From the NCBI RefSeq assembly GCF_018977255.1, contig NW_024704951.1, positions 1 to 64,000 on the forward strand: DNA of 64,000 bases. The letters are read 5' to 3'. Positions 51,150 to 62,889 of the stretch are shown one piece after another; the stretch's first letter is position 1; every line of letters begins with the position of its first letter. Position numbers and translations under genes: made by a program. The stretch comes from Callorhinchus milii (taxonomy: Eukaryota). The notes below the pieces were generated by a model. The model saw nothing but the letters and a program-made list of their open reading frames with translations, made no database searches and was not told the DNA's origin.

Positions 51150-53261
51150 TTCATACTATTTTTCGTCTTCAATTTTTTTTTGTTTACGGTTTCTGAATGT
51201 TTATTTCAATTGTTTAGTTTTTAGTTGATTTGGAATGCACTACAGTACTTGTTTCGATTGTGATGTGAATTTTATATTCTTATTCTTGGTTCTTTCGGTA
51301 AAGTCACGTAGAAGGGAAATAATAAAATAATAATAAAAAACGATAAATATGCCTCGAAGCCCTATGTTAACCAAAACTCGAAGCATACAATTTCGGTTGT
51401 CTGATTAGAAAATGAATATTTATGAAAGCTAAATTCAGCTAACAAAGCAAAGGGTGTTGAAAATAATACTGTTTGTATTATGCATAAATTAATGTTCAAA
51501 CGAAACTTAGAGGTGTGAAGCCAGGCTTAAGTATTGAATATCGCACTTTTAGCTTTCGCTCAGCAATTTCCAAGAAGGTAATTTATTTTCTGTCGATCGA
51601 GTACAGAAGAGGAGTACGGATTTTTAGCGGAAACTCGATTTCTGCATTTTTATATAATTAATGCCTATAGTATCATAAAGAGGCTTGGGGCTTTTGGTTG
51701 TTTGTTTCGGGTCCAGTTCCACTTGTTGGAGACTCAGTGGAACGTAGACCCTAGATGTAGACGAAGGTTTCTTAAGGTTGAACAACAACGCCGGTTCCTC
51801 TGGGGGACCCGGCTTATATTCTCTGCGGTTTGGCTGGCTCCCTCCCTTGGCCACGACCACTTTCCAGAATCCTCGAGCAGGATCTGGACCCCGACCACGG
51901 GACCACCCCTAGCCCCCACTTGGGGCCCCTTCGTAGACTTAACTGGTCACGTGTCCTCTCGGGTCAACCAGAGTGCCATGGCCTTTAGTAACCTCATTCC
52001 TACGGCCGTCACTCCCACACCCTATCCTGTAGGGCCAGCACTGCATGCCAAGCGTGGTGCCATCCTGCGCTATCAATCAGCGCTCTAGGGCTGGTACGAC
52101 ACCCACCATAGTGGTATCCGCGATGTCGTTACACCGCACGCCGTGCCTCTCGAGGGCCAGCACGACACAGTGACATCCCGCGATGTCACTAGATCTGTAA
52201 GAGTTTATCTGTGGGGAGCGGTGGCGCAGTTATTACACTGTGTAACAAAAAAACATTTTTGTTCCTGGGTAGTGTTATTTCCTCATTGCCTATTCCTCAA
52301 AAGTACAGATTATTCCCCACAACTTTGCTTTTTTGATCAGGACATATAGAATCTAAATGAGAAAACGGGCTAATTTGTGTCTTTTCGTTCACATAAAGTC
52401 CTGGTCACAAAAGCAAAGTTTGTGGGGAATAATAGCGATTTTGTATACTTTTTAGGCATAAGCAATTAAAAAATAACACTTTGTACACAGGAACAAAAAT
52501 TGTGTTACATAGTATTATTACTGTATTATGAATTCAATAATTTGAGTTTGATTATCTCCGACAACAAACGTGATTGATAAGTGAAAACTTAACTTCTTGT
52601 GGGTCTCGGCTATGTTGATTGATCTTCAATTAATTACTTGGTGAAGTGAGAGAAGCATTCATATTGAGCAGATGAAGGTGGCCAGGCATGGTTCTGGACA
52701 CACCACCACCTTTTTACCATGCCAGTGTGTAACAGTGTCAAGTTTGTATTTGCAGTAAAGTATATTAACTCTATTGAACACGGAGGTTAAATCAAAACAA
52801 TAGTTTATTTTTGTTTTTCTTTGGAACTTTTTACGAAAATGAACACGACACATATGCAGCTGAAGTTAGATCTGTTCATCCCAGCATTCAAGAAAATCTG
52901 AGCCTGGCTTCACACCTCTAAGTTTCGTTTGAACATTAATTTATGCATAATACAAACAGTATTATTTTCAACACCCTTTGCTTTGTTAGCTGAATTTAGC
53001 TTTCATAAATATTCATTTTCTAGTCAGACAACCGAAATTGTATGCTTCGAGTTTTGGGTTAACATAGGGCTTCGAGGCATATTTATGACTATTTGCCCTC
53101 ATTGTTTGTCATAACAGCCCGTGTGATGAATTTGGGAATATTAATAAGTGTAGACGTGTAAGTCATATGTGCCTCGATACTTACGTAGATGGTGTGGATA
53201 TTCTCTTTTTTCTGTCTGCAGCTGACGTTTCCTCTGACGCTTCCTCTGCAGAATTGGTCTG

Positions 53262-54243
53262 ATGGAGCAAAGGCACTCAGCGCAGTTTGGTACAAAAATG
53301 CAACAATGCGACCAGTGTGCATACAGCACGGATCGTCCTGGACATTTCACACAGCACCAGAGAACTCACACAGGAGAGAAACCCTTCAGGTGCACTCTGT
53401 GCGGGAAGGCGTTTGCCGAGTCATCACATCTTAAACTACACCAGAGAACACACACGGGAGAGAAACCCTTCAAGTGCAGTGTGTGTGGGAAGGCATTTTC
53501 AAATTCATCTGCTCTTAAAAAACACCGGAGAACACACACAGGAGAGAAACCCTTCAAGTGCAGTCTGTGCGGGAAGGTGTTTTCACAGTCATCTGGTCTT
53601 GTATTGCACCAGAGAACACACACGGGAGAGAAACCCTTCAAGTGCAGTCTGTGCGGGAAGGCGTTTGCAGTGTCATCACATCTTAAACAACACCAGATAA
53701 CACACACAAAAGAGAAACCTTTCAAGTGCACTGTCTGTGAGAAGTCATTTGCATGGTCATCAGGTCTTAATTGCCACCAGAGAACACACACGGGAGAGAA
53801 ACCCTTCAGGTGCACTGTGTGCGGGAAAGCATTTGCAGGTTTATCAAATCTTAACAGACACCAGAGGACATACATCATCAGAAGATCCCCAAGGAGTGGA
53901 GTCTGAAATCGGCTTGTGAAAGTCAAAGTGCTGCAATGAGCCCATCCCTCATGAAACCAGAACTAAATCCCAGCATGGACACTTTTAAAGGTATCAAGGT
54001 GAAATGTGAAGAGGCGAAGGTGAAATGTGAAGTGATGGTGAAGAGCGAAAAAGTGACAGTAAACTGTGAAGATGAAGATTCAACTCCAAAATCGGACCTT
54101 CACATCGATGGGGCAACGTGAAGCAGGAGGAGAATTCTGACTGTGAGTCAGAGCGAGGCACCTCCCAACAGTTTGTGGAAGTGGAGGTGTGGGTGGACTT
54201 CTTAGACAATGCAAAGTCAAATGGAGACCCGGTAGATGTGTAA
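53262..54243 (+). CDS. C2H2 zinc-finger protein, copy 4 (7 fingers; frameshifts near 53874 and 54112; shorter VKCE tract)
   Basis: ORF 53262-53906 holds 7 fingers. ORF 53936-54121 continues the tail, and the homologous stop TAA is at 54241-54243. Confidence 0.82.
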
Positions 54244-56944
54244 GCTTAATGAAGCTCCAATAGATTCACCTTTGTCACAGGCCTTTAATGAAAATGAACG
54301 TGAAGTCGAACACTCAATTCCTGGGTTCAGCCTGCAGAATAAGAGCGGCGAGTATTTGTTGACCTGTGGGTTGGGTAGATGAATAATCAGGATCAAGAGA
54401 CAATATGCTCCCAAGTATTCCACTGTTATATTTATATTTGCATTGATATGGTGCTTGCTTTATTGCCTTAGCAACTCAGTTGTTTCATGTCTCATCACAG
54501 ACACTCGAAGAGCACCTTCAAGTGGCAGCTGCCTCTGTGTGATAAGGTGACCCTGCTTGAGCCTGCATGTGGGCATGAGTCTGTCAGTAGGGAGTGATGA
54601 TCGATGTGTAATCTCCATTATGTAATTTCTGGATAATGTTTGGAATTATCCAAATATTGACCATGACCCCAACATGCAATGACCTATGCGTTTTGAATGA
54701 CAATAGTATGTTTTACATCCACTGTTAAGCAGACGGTGCATATTTGGTTTAATGTTACTGGAGTAGCCAGGGGTGCCTGTCGGATTTGAGCCTTGAACCT
54801 CTGTAATAAATAGAGAATGTGCTACCACTGGGCTTCCCTTAATCTGAGTGTAGGCATGACAGCCTGAATGTTTCTAACCGGAGCAGATGTTCAATTTAGA
54901 GGGGTCCACGTTTTACATGGCTACAGAAGGGAGGGCATTACTGTGGCCGAGAAGAACCGAAGCTTCATGCGAGTGACAGACCAGGTAGCTTCCACACAGC
55001 ATTGCGCAGCCGATGAAATGATAATGCCGCCCGACTGATTCGGACCACCCACACAGTGTACACACACCATGTCTACACAGAGCGTACACAGTGTACCCGC
55101 ACAGTATACAAACAGCCTGTACACACACAGTAACAAAACAACCGCCATTTGTCACTAAGTGTTAATGAGCCCGGCACATTATCATAATTTATTCATATTG
55201 GTTCTTTCGGTAAAGTCACGTAGAATGGAAATAATAAAATAAAAATAAAACTATAAAATAATTCTCACGTTTCGGCCACAACGCAAGCAGCCGTCACCAG
55301 GTGAAGACCAGGTCTGTCGATTTTACCGAAAGAACCAAGAATATGAACCCTGCAGTCACGAAAGCTTTAAATCGAAATATAATTTATTCACCATTGTAAC
55401 CTCATTTGCCAGAGGAAAAAATATGATAATTTTTTTTTACCCCTTTTAGCTGTCAACAAAACTGATCTGGTCCAACACCATGTGAGACTAGGCTCTTAAG
55501 GAAAGCTGTCTTGGGTGTGGACCAATCAACTTCAAGGACAGTGCATACATTATCAGAGTTATATTTTTCGTTTGTATTACGACTGCAGGTATTGTGGTCT
55601 ATGCAAACATGACTCCTTGTAAAAAAGGTGTCAGTTTTGTTGCCAGATAAAATGGTAAAACAAATTATAATTTTTCGATTTAAAGCTTTCGTGACTGCAG
55701 GGATTCATCTTCTTGGTTCTTTCGGTAAAGTCACGTAGAAGGGAAGTAATAAAATAAACGTCGTGAGAATTATTTTATTATGTTTTATTTTTATTATTTT
55801 ATTACTTCCCTTCTACGTGACTTTACCGAAAGAACCAAGAAGATAAATTATAATTTATTCAAGTTACACTGCTGCTCGATAGGGGAGGGGATTGTGTGGA
55901 CCCCGCAAGTGACGTCATGTCACCTTGCCGCATGACGTCACGGCATACCAGGAAGCTTCTGCTCCGCGCACGTTCGCGCACGGAGATCCGTGGTGAGAAG
56001 ATTACATCGTGGTGGTTGTGGTTATTGTTGTGGTTGTTGTTGTGAACCTAGGTAGAGCCTCGCTCCTTCTCCCTCTCGTATGGATATCAATTGAGTAGCA
56101 GCGAGTATGGAATCGATGTCCAGGTTGGAACATTACAACGCAGGGCCTAGCCATGCGGGGCCTTGCCTCCTGCCCTCGCCTGATTGCATTTGCTTTAATT
56201 CTCAGCTTAAGTTTAATTTGTCTTCACCTGGCTCACTACTTTGAAACTTTTTTTTACTTTAAATATTTCTACGTTTTTTTATTTTACCAGGCATAGCCCA
56301 CTTGAGCTACACCGCTCGTTTTCAGAAGCGACCTGCCCACAACGCAGTGGGCTTATCAACGTGTGGAATGTTTATCGGTCAAATACTCTAAACGCGTGGT
56401 GATGTTGACTCTAAATGTGCAGGGAAAACCGCAGGATCCGGAGGAAAATCCACGCGACCACGGAGAGAGAGGGACACGCAAACTCCAAATATACAGCCAT
56501 AATACAGGTTTATTTGTGTGAGATCGCGTAAATAAATCGATGTGTCGTTAACCCAGCCACCACCGGACAGCCAATTAGTAAGGGGCTTGTCACGTAAACA
56601 GAACGTGTCCAATGCGTCACTAGCACAGCACTAGTGTGTAGTGTAGTGTATAGTGTAGTATATAGTAATGTATAGTGTAGTATATAGTAGTGTAGTGTAT
56701 AGTGTAGTGTATAATAGTGTAGTGTACTAGTACAGCATATAGGTGTGTTGGAGAGCCAAGCCACAACATTTACCATCTGAGTACAACTTTTTACAGTAAT
56801 TACAACCAGCTTCATCAGGTGACGGCCAAATGTTGTTTTTGGCTCTGTGGGAATATAAATAGGCTCACTGGGTTCATAGCGCAGCACGCTAACCGTTGTA
56901 CTACTGCACATGCACAAACTTAATCGGAAGTATAGTATTTTTCC

Positions 56945-57225
56945 AATAACTAAGTTAACCGGCTTAGCGCAGGTCTCAGTAATCAAACATGCTGGCTTTA
57001 TTACAATTATTGAATTCTGCCAATGAAGTCTGTAAATGTGTGTATATTGTCACGGTTTTGTGGTTGTGTTATACAATTGCAGGGCTTGTTTGTTTCATAA
57101 TGAGGACAGCTTTTAAATACATTGCCCTTGAAGAGCTTCAGCATAGACAATGTTGGATGTTTTGCCATCTGGTAGTGTTGGCACAATTTGGTTCACATGC
57201 ACAAAGTTTGCTTTATTTATATAGA
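56945..57225 (-). mobile_element. Minimal Helitron relic (ends only), unit 4
   Basis: The 5' terminus reads A|TCTATATAAATAAAGC on the minus strand (TC at 57225). About 2 kb of internal sequence is missing at CCATCTGGT-A-GTGTTGG (~57173). Confidence 0.7.
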
Positions 57226-58144
57226 TTGTTTCCATTTTGTCTTGCAAATGTTTTTGTGTATGGTTTCTCAATGTTCATTTCAATTGTTTAGTTATTTTTA
57301 TTTTACTTTTACCTCATGCCATTATTTAGGTAAGGCTTAAGTATTGAATATCGCACTTTTGGCTTTGCGAGGCACTTTCCCAGATCGTAACCTCTGATAT
57401 TCAAGGGGCTGAGGATTACGGATTTTCAGCAGAAACTATATCTCTGCTTTATTGATGTAATTAAGGCATATAGTACCATATAGAGGCTTGGGGCTTTGGG
57501 TTCTTTGTTTTTTATGTCTCTGCCTCTGCTCACATTCTTTGATGATTTTTATGATTTTGGGCAAGCCCGTCTAAAGCTGCGTGACCAGGAGTTGGAGCCA
57601 TTTCCTGTTCAACTTGGCTTGTGACAGAAATTCACTCTGGCCCCATGCATTACATTACAGAGCATCTTCAATAATTATGTCGTTTGAGAAGCTCTCAATG
57701 GCCATAGAAATAAATTGCATTTGTTACGGTTAAAATTATACGCGCATCGATGCCTGGTTATAGTTAAGGGATCGTTCCCTGGTCAACCATGTTATATATG
57801 CTGATGATCTGGTCATGGCTACTCAATGAGATGGGGTTAGAGAATCTTGTTCTGTGCCTGGATAATTCCATCATGAAATGGTTCTTATCATATGTTCCTC
57901 AACAAAACATCACCTGCCTGAGAATTTGATTTCATACAACACTATACCTGCTCAACTCTCCATGAGTAATCAGGCTGTTCTACAAGTGGTGGAGGAGCTC
58001 CCATACCTGGTTAATGTGTTCACGACCAGCTCTGGTTTGGCAGCCAAAGTCTCACTTTAAATTTGTCTAGCAGCATTCTTTCATTAGACTGTGTAACACT
58101 GTGTGGACACTTCCTGGACTTTTCCTCCCTACAAAGCTGTGAGT

Positions 58145-58563
58145 GTCCATCGCCAAGGTCTAGTCTACTAGCATCGCACCCGCCTCTCTTCGTACTGTGG
58201 ATGGTGGACGCACAGGACGGTGCCACGTAGCCATTCCAGGCTGGACACAAATGGATTACATGAGTCACCTAGCCACCAGGCCTCGTTTCATGAGTGATAT
58301 CAATATAGAATATCTGTGAGGAGGCCCCCAATAGACTGCCCCTGGAACTCTACCGGGCACGTCCCACTGGGGGAAGTCATCGGGGCCTGGCCCTTGGACA
58401 TGCTGGTGGGAATATGTCGCTTGACTGGCTTGGGAACGCCTGGGAATTCCCCAGGAAGAGCTCGAGTCTGTCGCCAGGGAAAGGGAGGTCTGGACTGCCC
58501 TACTCAATGTGCTGCCGCCACAACCCTCAACCAAGACGAGAGGATTTAGAAATGAATGAACGA
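58145..58563 (+). mobile_element. Short Rex3/Expander-like RTE-derived retroelement with a 14-bp TSD
   Basis: TSD ACAAAGCTGTGAGT at 58131-58144 and 58564-58577. It encodes RLPLELYRARPTG and LAWERLGIPQEELESVAREREVWTALLNVLPPQP, and ends in a (GAAT/GAAC)n tail. Confidence 0.82.
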
Positions 58564-58931
58564 ACAAAGCTGTGAGTCTTCTTGGCCACAGATATTACTC
58601 CTTTCTCTGTGGATGCAAAATATTATCTTATTTAAAGGACCGTCTGTTCTGGCTTATAATTAAGGCTGGCCTGCCTATAATTCCCTCTATTGAACCAAAC
58701 AAGATTGTATTAGAACCTTGCAGATCCTTAAAATATCAGTCCAGAATATAATCAATGAGTCTCTTTGGCAGGCCGAGCTGCATTGGTTGGGTCATGAATC
58801 CCACATAAACAGACAACATGCTCAAGCATCTTCTGTTAGTCCAGATGTTACGGGCTAATTAGGTATGGCATTACTCTTTGGTTCTTTCGGTAAAGTCACG
58901 TATAAAGATAAAATAATAAATTAAATAATAG

Positions 58932-58976
58932 CATACGACGTTTCGATTGCAACACAAGCAAGCATCATCAGGTATA
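58932..58976 (-). ncRNA. Minimal hammerhead ribozyme, inverted copy
   Basis: Minus strand TATAC-CTGATGA-T-GCTTGC-TTGTGTT-GCAATC-GAAACGTC-GTATG, with one mismatch in stem II. Confidence 0.78.
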
Positions 58977-59160
58977 AATGAAATAGCAACAAAAATCTAA
59001 CCAGAAAACTATAGACAGACATATAAGCAGACAGATATCACCAAGATACATATCTTGGTGATATCTGTCTGCTTATATGTCTGAGATACATATCTTGGTG
59101 ATATGTCTGCTTATATGTCTGTCTATAGTTTTCTGGTTAGATTTTTGTTACTATTTCATT

Positions 59161-59205
59161 TATACCTGATGATGATTGCTGGTGTTGCAATCGAAACGTC
59201 GTATG
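59161..59205 (+). ncRNA. Minimal type I hammerhead ribozyme (Penelope-type)
   Basis: TATAC-CTGATGA-T-GATTGC-TGGTGTT-GCAATC-GAAAC-GTC^-GTATG: intact core, 5-bp stem I, 6-bp stem II and a palindromic ACGT in place of stem III. Predicted cleavage is after C59200. Confidence 0.85.
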
Positions 59206-59613
59206 CTATTATTTAATTTATTATTTTATCTTTATACGTGACTTTACCGAAAGAACCAAAAAGTAATTCCTGCAGTCACGAAAGCTCAAATTTAAGGTAT
59301 GGCATTGTCTAGAGAAGAGATTGGAGGATGTGGAGGTGATCAGACCTGCTGATGACTGGTACCAGGAGTGTCAAGGTCGGCCTCTGTATAGGAGGCCCGT
59401 GATATATGCTGCAGGGCAGGTAGAGATATTTTCTCTACAACAACAGTGAGGTCAGAGTAGCAACGCTTAAATGAATGGGTGGAACGCTAGGTGCCTAAAA
59501 TGCAGCAAGACTGCAGGAAGCACAGCTGGTGCGTCTGTTAATCATCTCAGTCACTCATCCCTTGACACATGGATCATTCCCATGACCTCCTGACAAGTGA
59601 TCACTACAGTATG

Positions 59614-60250
59614 TGTAGTGAGTTCAACTGAGTCGCAGACGTACACTTGGAGGCAACACATTTAACACCAACACACGGGGTAACTGCCCCTTAACAGAAA
59701 AACAACCTATGGTGGTGACCACCAGGCTAACTACACTAATTACAACACAACGAGCTACGACGGACCGGGACTACAGCATGGGTCCAGTTCCACGTGTTGG
59801 AGACTTGGTGGAACGAAGACGAAGGTTTCTTCGGGTTGAACAACAACGCCGGCCCCTCTAGGGGACCCGGCTTATATTCTCTGCGGTGTGGCTGGCTCCG
59901 CCCTTGGCCACGACCACCTTCCAGATCCTCAAGCAGGATCTGGACCCCGACCATGTGACCACCCCTAGCCCCTACTTTAGGCCCCTTTGTGGACTTGTCA
60001 CGTGTCCTCTCGGGTCATCCAGATTGCCTTTCGTAACCTCATTCCTACGGCCGGTACTCACACACCCTATCCTGTAGTGCCGGCACTGCACGCCAAGCAT
60101 GGTGCCATCCTGCGCTATCAGTCAGCGCTCACCGTGCCCCTTTAGGGCCGGTAGTACACCCATCATAGTGGTATCCGCGATGTCGTTACACCGCATGCCA
60201 TGTTTCTCTAGGGCCGGCACTACACAGTGACATCCCGCGATATCACTACA
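59614..60250 (-). mobile_element. Complete solo LTR (637 bp, Gypsy-like)
   Basis: TGTAGTGA...TCACTACA perfect 8-bp inverted termini, TATG/TCTG 4-bp TSD with 1 mismatch, and a minus-strand AATATAAG TATA-like box at ~59871-59878. Confidence 0.75.
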
Positions 60251-61380
60251 TCTGTAAGAGTTGATTTATGTGGTGAGCGATGGCGTAGTTATTACACTGT
60301 GTAACAAAAAAACATTTTTGTTCCTGGGTAGTTATTTCCTAATTGCCTATGCCTCAAAAGTACAGAAAATGCTATTCCCCACAAACTTTGCTTTTCTGAC
60401 TAGGACAGTGATATTTTGAAACGTGCCTATTTTCAATGATAAAATGGGCGAATTTGTGTCTTTTCTTTCACATAAAGTCCTGGTCACAAAAGCAACGCTT
60501 GTGGGGGATAATAGCGATTTTCTATACTTTTTAGGCAAAATAAATTGAAAATAACACTTTGTACCCAAGAACAAGATATGTTTTACATCGTATTATCATT
60601 GTATTATGAACTCAATAATTAGAGTTTGATTATCTCCGACAACAAACGTGATTGATAAGTGAAAACTTAACTTCTTGTGGGTCTCGTCTGTGTTGATTGA
60701 TCCTCAATTAATTACTTGGTGAAGTGAGGAAGCATTAATATTGAGCAGATGAAGGTGGGCAGGCATGGTTCTGGACACACCACCACCTTTTTACCATGCC
60801 AGTATGTGACGGTGTAAAGTTTGTATTTGCAGTAAAGTATATTAACTCTTTTGAACACGGAGGTTAAATCAAAATAATAGTTTATTTTGTTTTCCTCTGG
60901 AACTTTTTATAAGAATGGAAACAGGAAATTAACACAGCACATATGCAGCTGAAGTTAGATCTGTTCATCCCAGCATTCATGGAAATCTGAGCCTCGCTTC
61001 ACACCTTGAAGTTGTGATTAAGTTGTGATTGAACATTAATTTAAGCTTTGTTAGCTGAATTTAGCTTTTATAAATATTAATTTTTTAGCCAGACAACCGA
61101 AATTGTGTGCTTGGAGTTTGGGTTAACATTCATTTTGAAGATACTTGGGCTTACAGGCATATTTATGACCATTTGCCCTCTCATTGTTTGTCATAACAGC
61201 CCGTGTGATGAATTTGGAAATATGTTTCACTATATCATGAACATGTCAATAAGTATAGATGTGTAAGTCATGTGTAACTGTGTATATAATTATTCCTCTG
61301 TGCCTCGATACTGATGTAGATGGTGTGGATATTCTCTTTTTTCTGTCTGCAGCTGACGCTTCCTCTGCAGAATTGGTCTG

Positions 61381-62482
61381 ATGGAGCAAAGGCGCTCAGC
61401 GCAGCTTGGTACAAAAAGGCAACAATGCGACCATTGTGCATACAGCACGGATCAAACTGGACATTTGACACAGCACCAAAGAACTCACACAGGAGAGAAA
61501 CCCTTCAAGTGCACTTTGTGTGACAAGGCATTTGCATGGTCATCAGGTCTTCATCACCACGAGAGAACACACAAAGGAGAGAAACTCTTTAGGTGTACTC
61601 TGTGCGGGAAGGCGTTTGCACAATCACCACATCTTCAAATACACCAGAGAACACACACGGGAGAGAAACCCTTCAAGTGCAGTGTGTGTGGGAAGGCGTT
61701 TTCACAGTCATCTAATCTTGTATCACACCAGAGAACACACACAGGAGAGAAACCCTTCAGGTGCACTTTGTGCGGGAAAGCGTTTTCAGGCTTATCAAAT
61801 CTTAAAACACACCAGAGAACACACACGGGAGAGAAACCCTTCAAGTGCAGTCTGTGCGGGAAGGCGTTTACAGTGTTATCACATCTTAAACAACACCAGA
61901 GAACACACACAAAAGAGAAACCTTTCAAGTGCACTGTCTGTGAGAAGGCATTTGCATGGCCATCAGGTCTTAATTGCCACCAGAGAACACACACGGGAGA
62001 GAAGCTCTTCACGTGCACTCTCTGCGGAAGGCGTTTGCTCAGTCATCCATTCTTAAAACACACCAGAGGACACACAATCATCAGAAGATCCCAAGGAGTG
62101 GAGTCTGAAATCGGCTTGTGAAAGTCAAAGTGCTGCAATCAGCCCATCCTCATGAAACCAGAACTAAAGCCCAGCTTGGACACTTTTGAAGGTATCAAGG
62201 TGAAATGTGAAGAGGCGAAGGTGAAATGTGAAGTAGTGATCAAGAGCGAAGAAATGACGATGAAATGTGAAGTGATGGTGAAGAGAGAAGTGATGGTAAA
62301 CTGTGAAGATGAAGATTCAACTCCGAAATTGGACCTTCACATCGGAGGGTGGCAACGTGAAGCAGGAGGAGATTTCTGACTGTGAGGCAGAGGGAGGCAA
62401 CTCCCAGCAGTTTGTGGAAGTAGAGGTGTGGGTCGACTTCTTAGACAATACAAAGTCAAATGGAGACCCGGTAGATGTGTAA
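61381..62482 (+). CDS. Diverged C2H2 zinc-finger paralog, copy 5 (8 fingers; several 1-bp frameshifts in the 3' half)
   Basis: ORF 61381-62121 has 7 intact fingers plus an eighth broken at ~62026. ORF 62152-62379 carries the VKCE tail. The same acceptor and GATGTGTAA end are present. Confidence 0.82.
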
Positions 62483-62889
62483 GCTTGGGACAATGAAGCT
62501 CCAATAGATTCACCTCTGTCACAGGCCTTTAATGAAAAGAACGTGAAGTCGAACACTCAATTCCTGGGTTTAACCTGCAGAGTAAGAGCGACCAGTATTT
62601 GTGGATCTGTGGGTTGGGTAGATGATTAACCATGAGCAAGAGCCAATAAGCTCCCAAGTGTTGTATATATTAGGTCTTGAAAAAGAATGAAAATTAAATG
62701 ATAACTGAAAATGCGCAATGTTTTGAAATGATGCTAATTATGTATTTATGCTATATCTCGGGGTATTACCAATCGTGATAATAATATAAAGGTGTAATTG
62801 TATGAAGTTATGCAAGTGTATGTAATTATGCGAATTAGGCTCTGCTTCGTTGTCTCAGGGTGTATTACCAATCGTGCTAATACATTGAC

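Larger units (their letters stand above)
42590..51233 (+). repeat. Tandem ZNF-array unit 3 (8644 bp; many small indels)
   Basis: Colinear copy with indels concentrated in the ZF exon. Confidence 0.93.
51234..57290 (+). repeat. Tandem unit 4; near-identical to units 1-3 until ~56400, then a diverged, shorter version
   Basis: Substitutions accumulate after ~56350-56520. The Tigger-like MITE site is empty and ~2 kb of the Helitron is missing. Confidence 0.9.
58873..59294. mobile_element. ~420-bp palindromic Penelope-like insertion with two hammerheads and a 12-bp TSD
   Basis: Near-perfect ~175-bp arms. TSD AGGTATGGCATT at 58861-58872 and 59295-59306. The tail is CCTGCAGTCACGAAAGCT. Confidence 0.85.
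57590..59350 (+). mobile_element. Old RTE-clade LINE reverse-transcriptase relic with two nested insertions
   Basis: LEPFPVQLGL*QKFTLAP (57592), YADDLVMA (57797), LQVVEELPYL (57980) and QAELHWLGH (58769) occur in the expected order for RTE ORFs. Confidence 0.75.
57330..62665 (+). repeat. Diverged paralogous unit 5
   Basis: Homologous to 25214-28345 but with many substitutions and an extra ~2.3 kb (57510-59780) of RTE, Penelope-like and LTR sequence. Confidence 0.88.
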
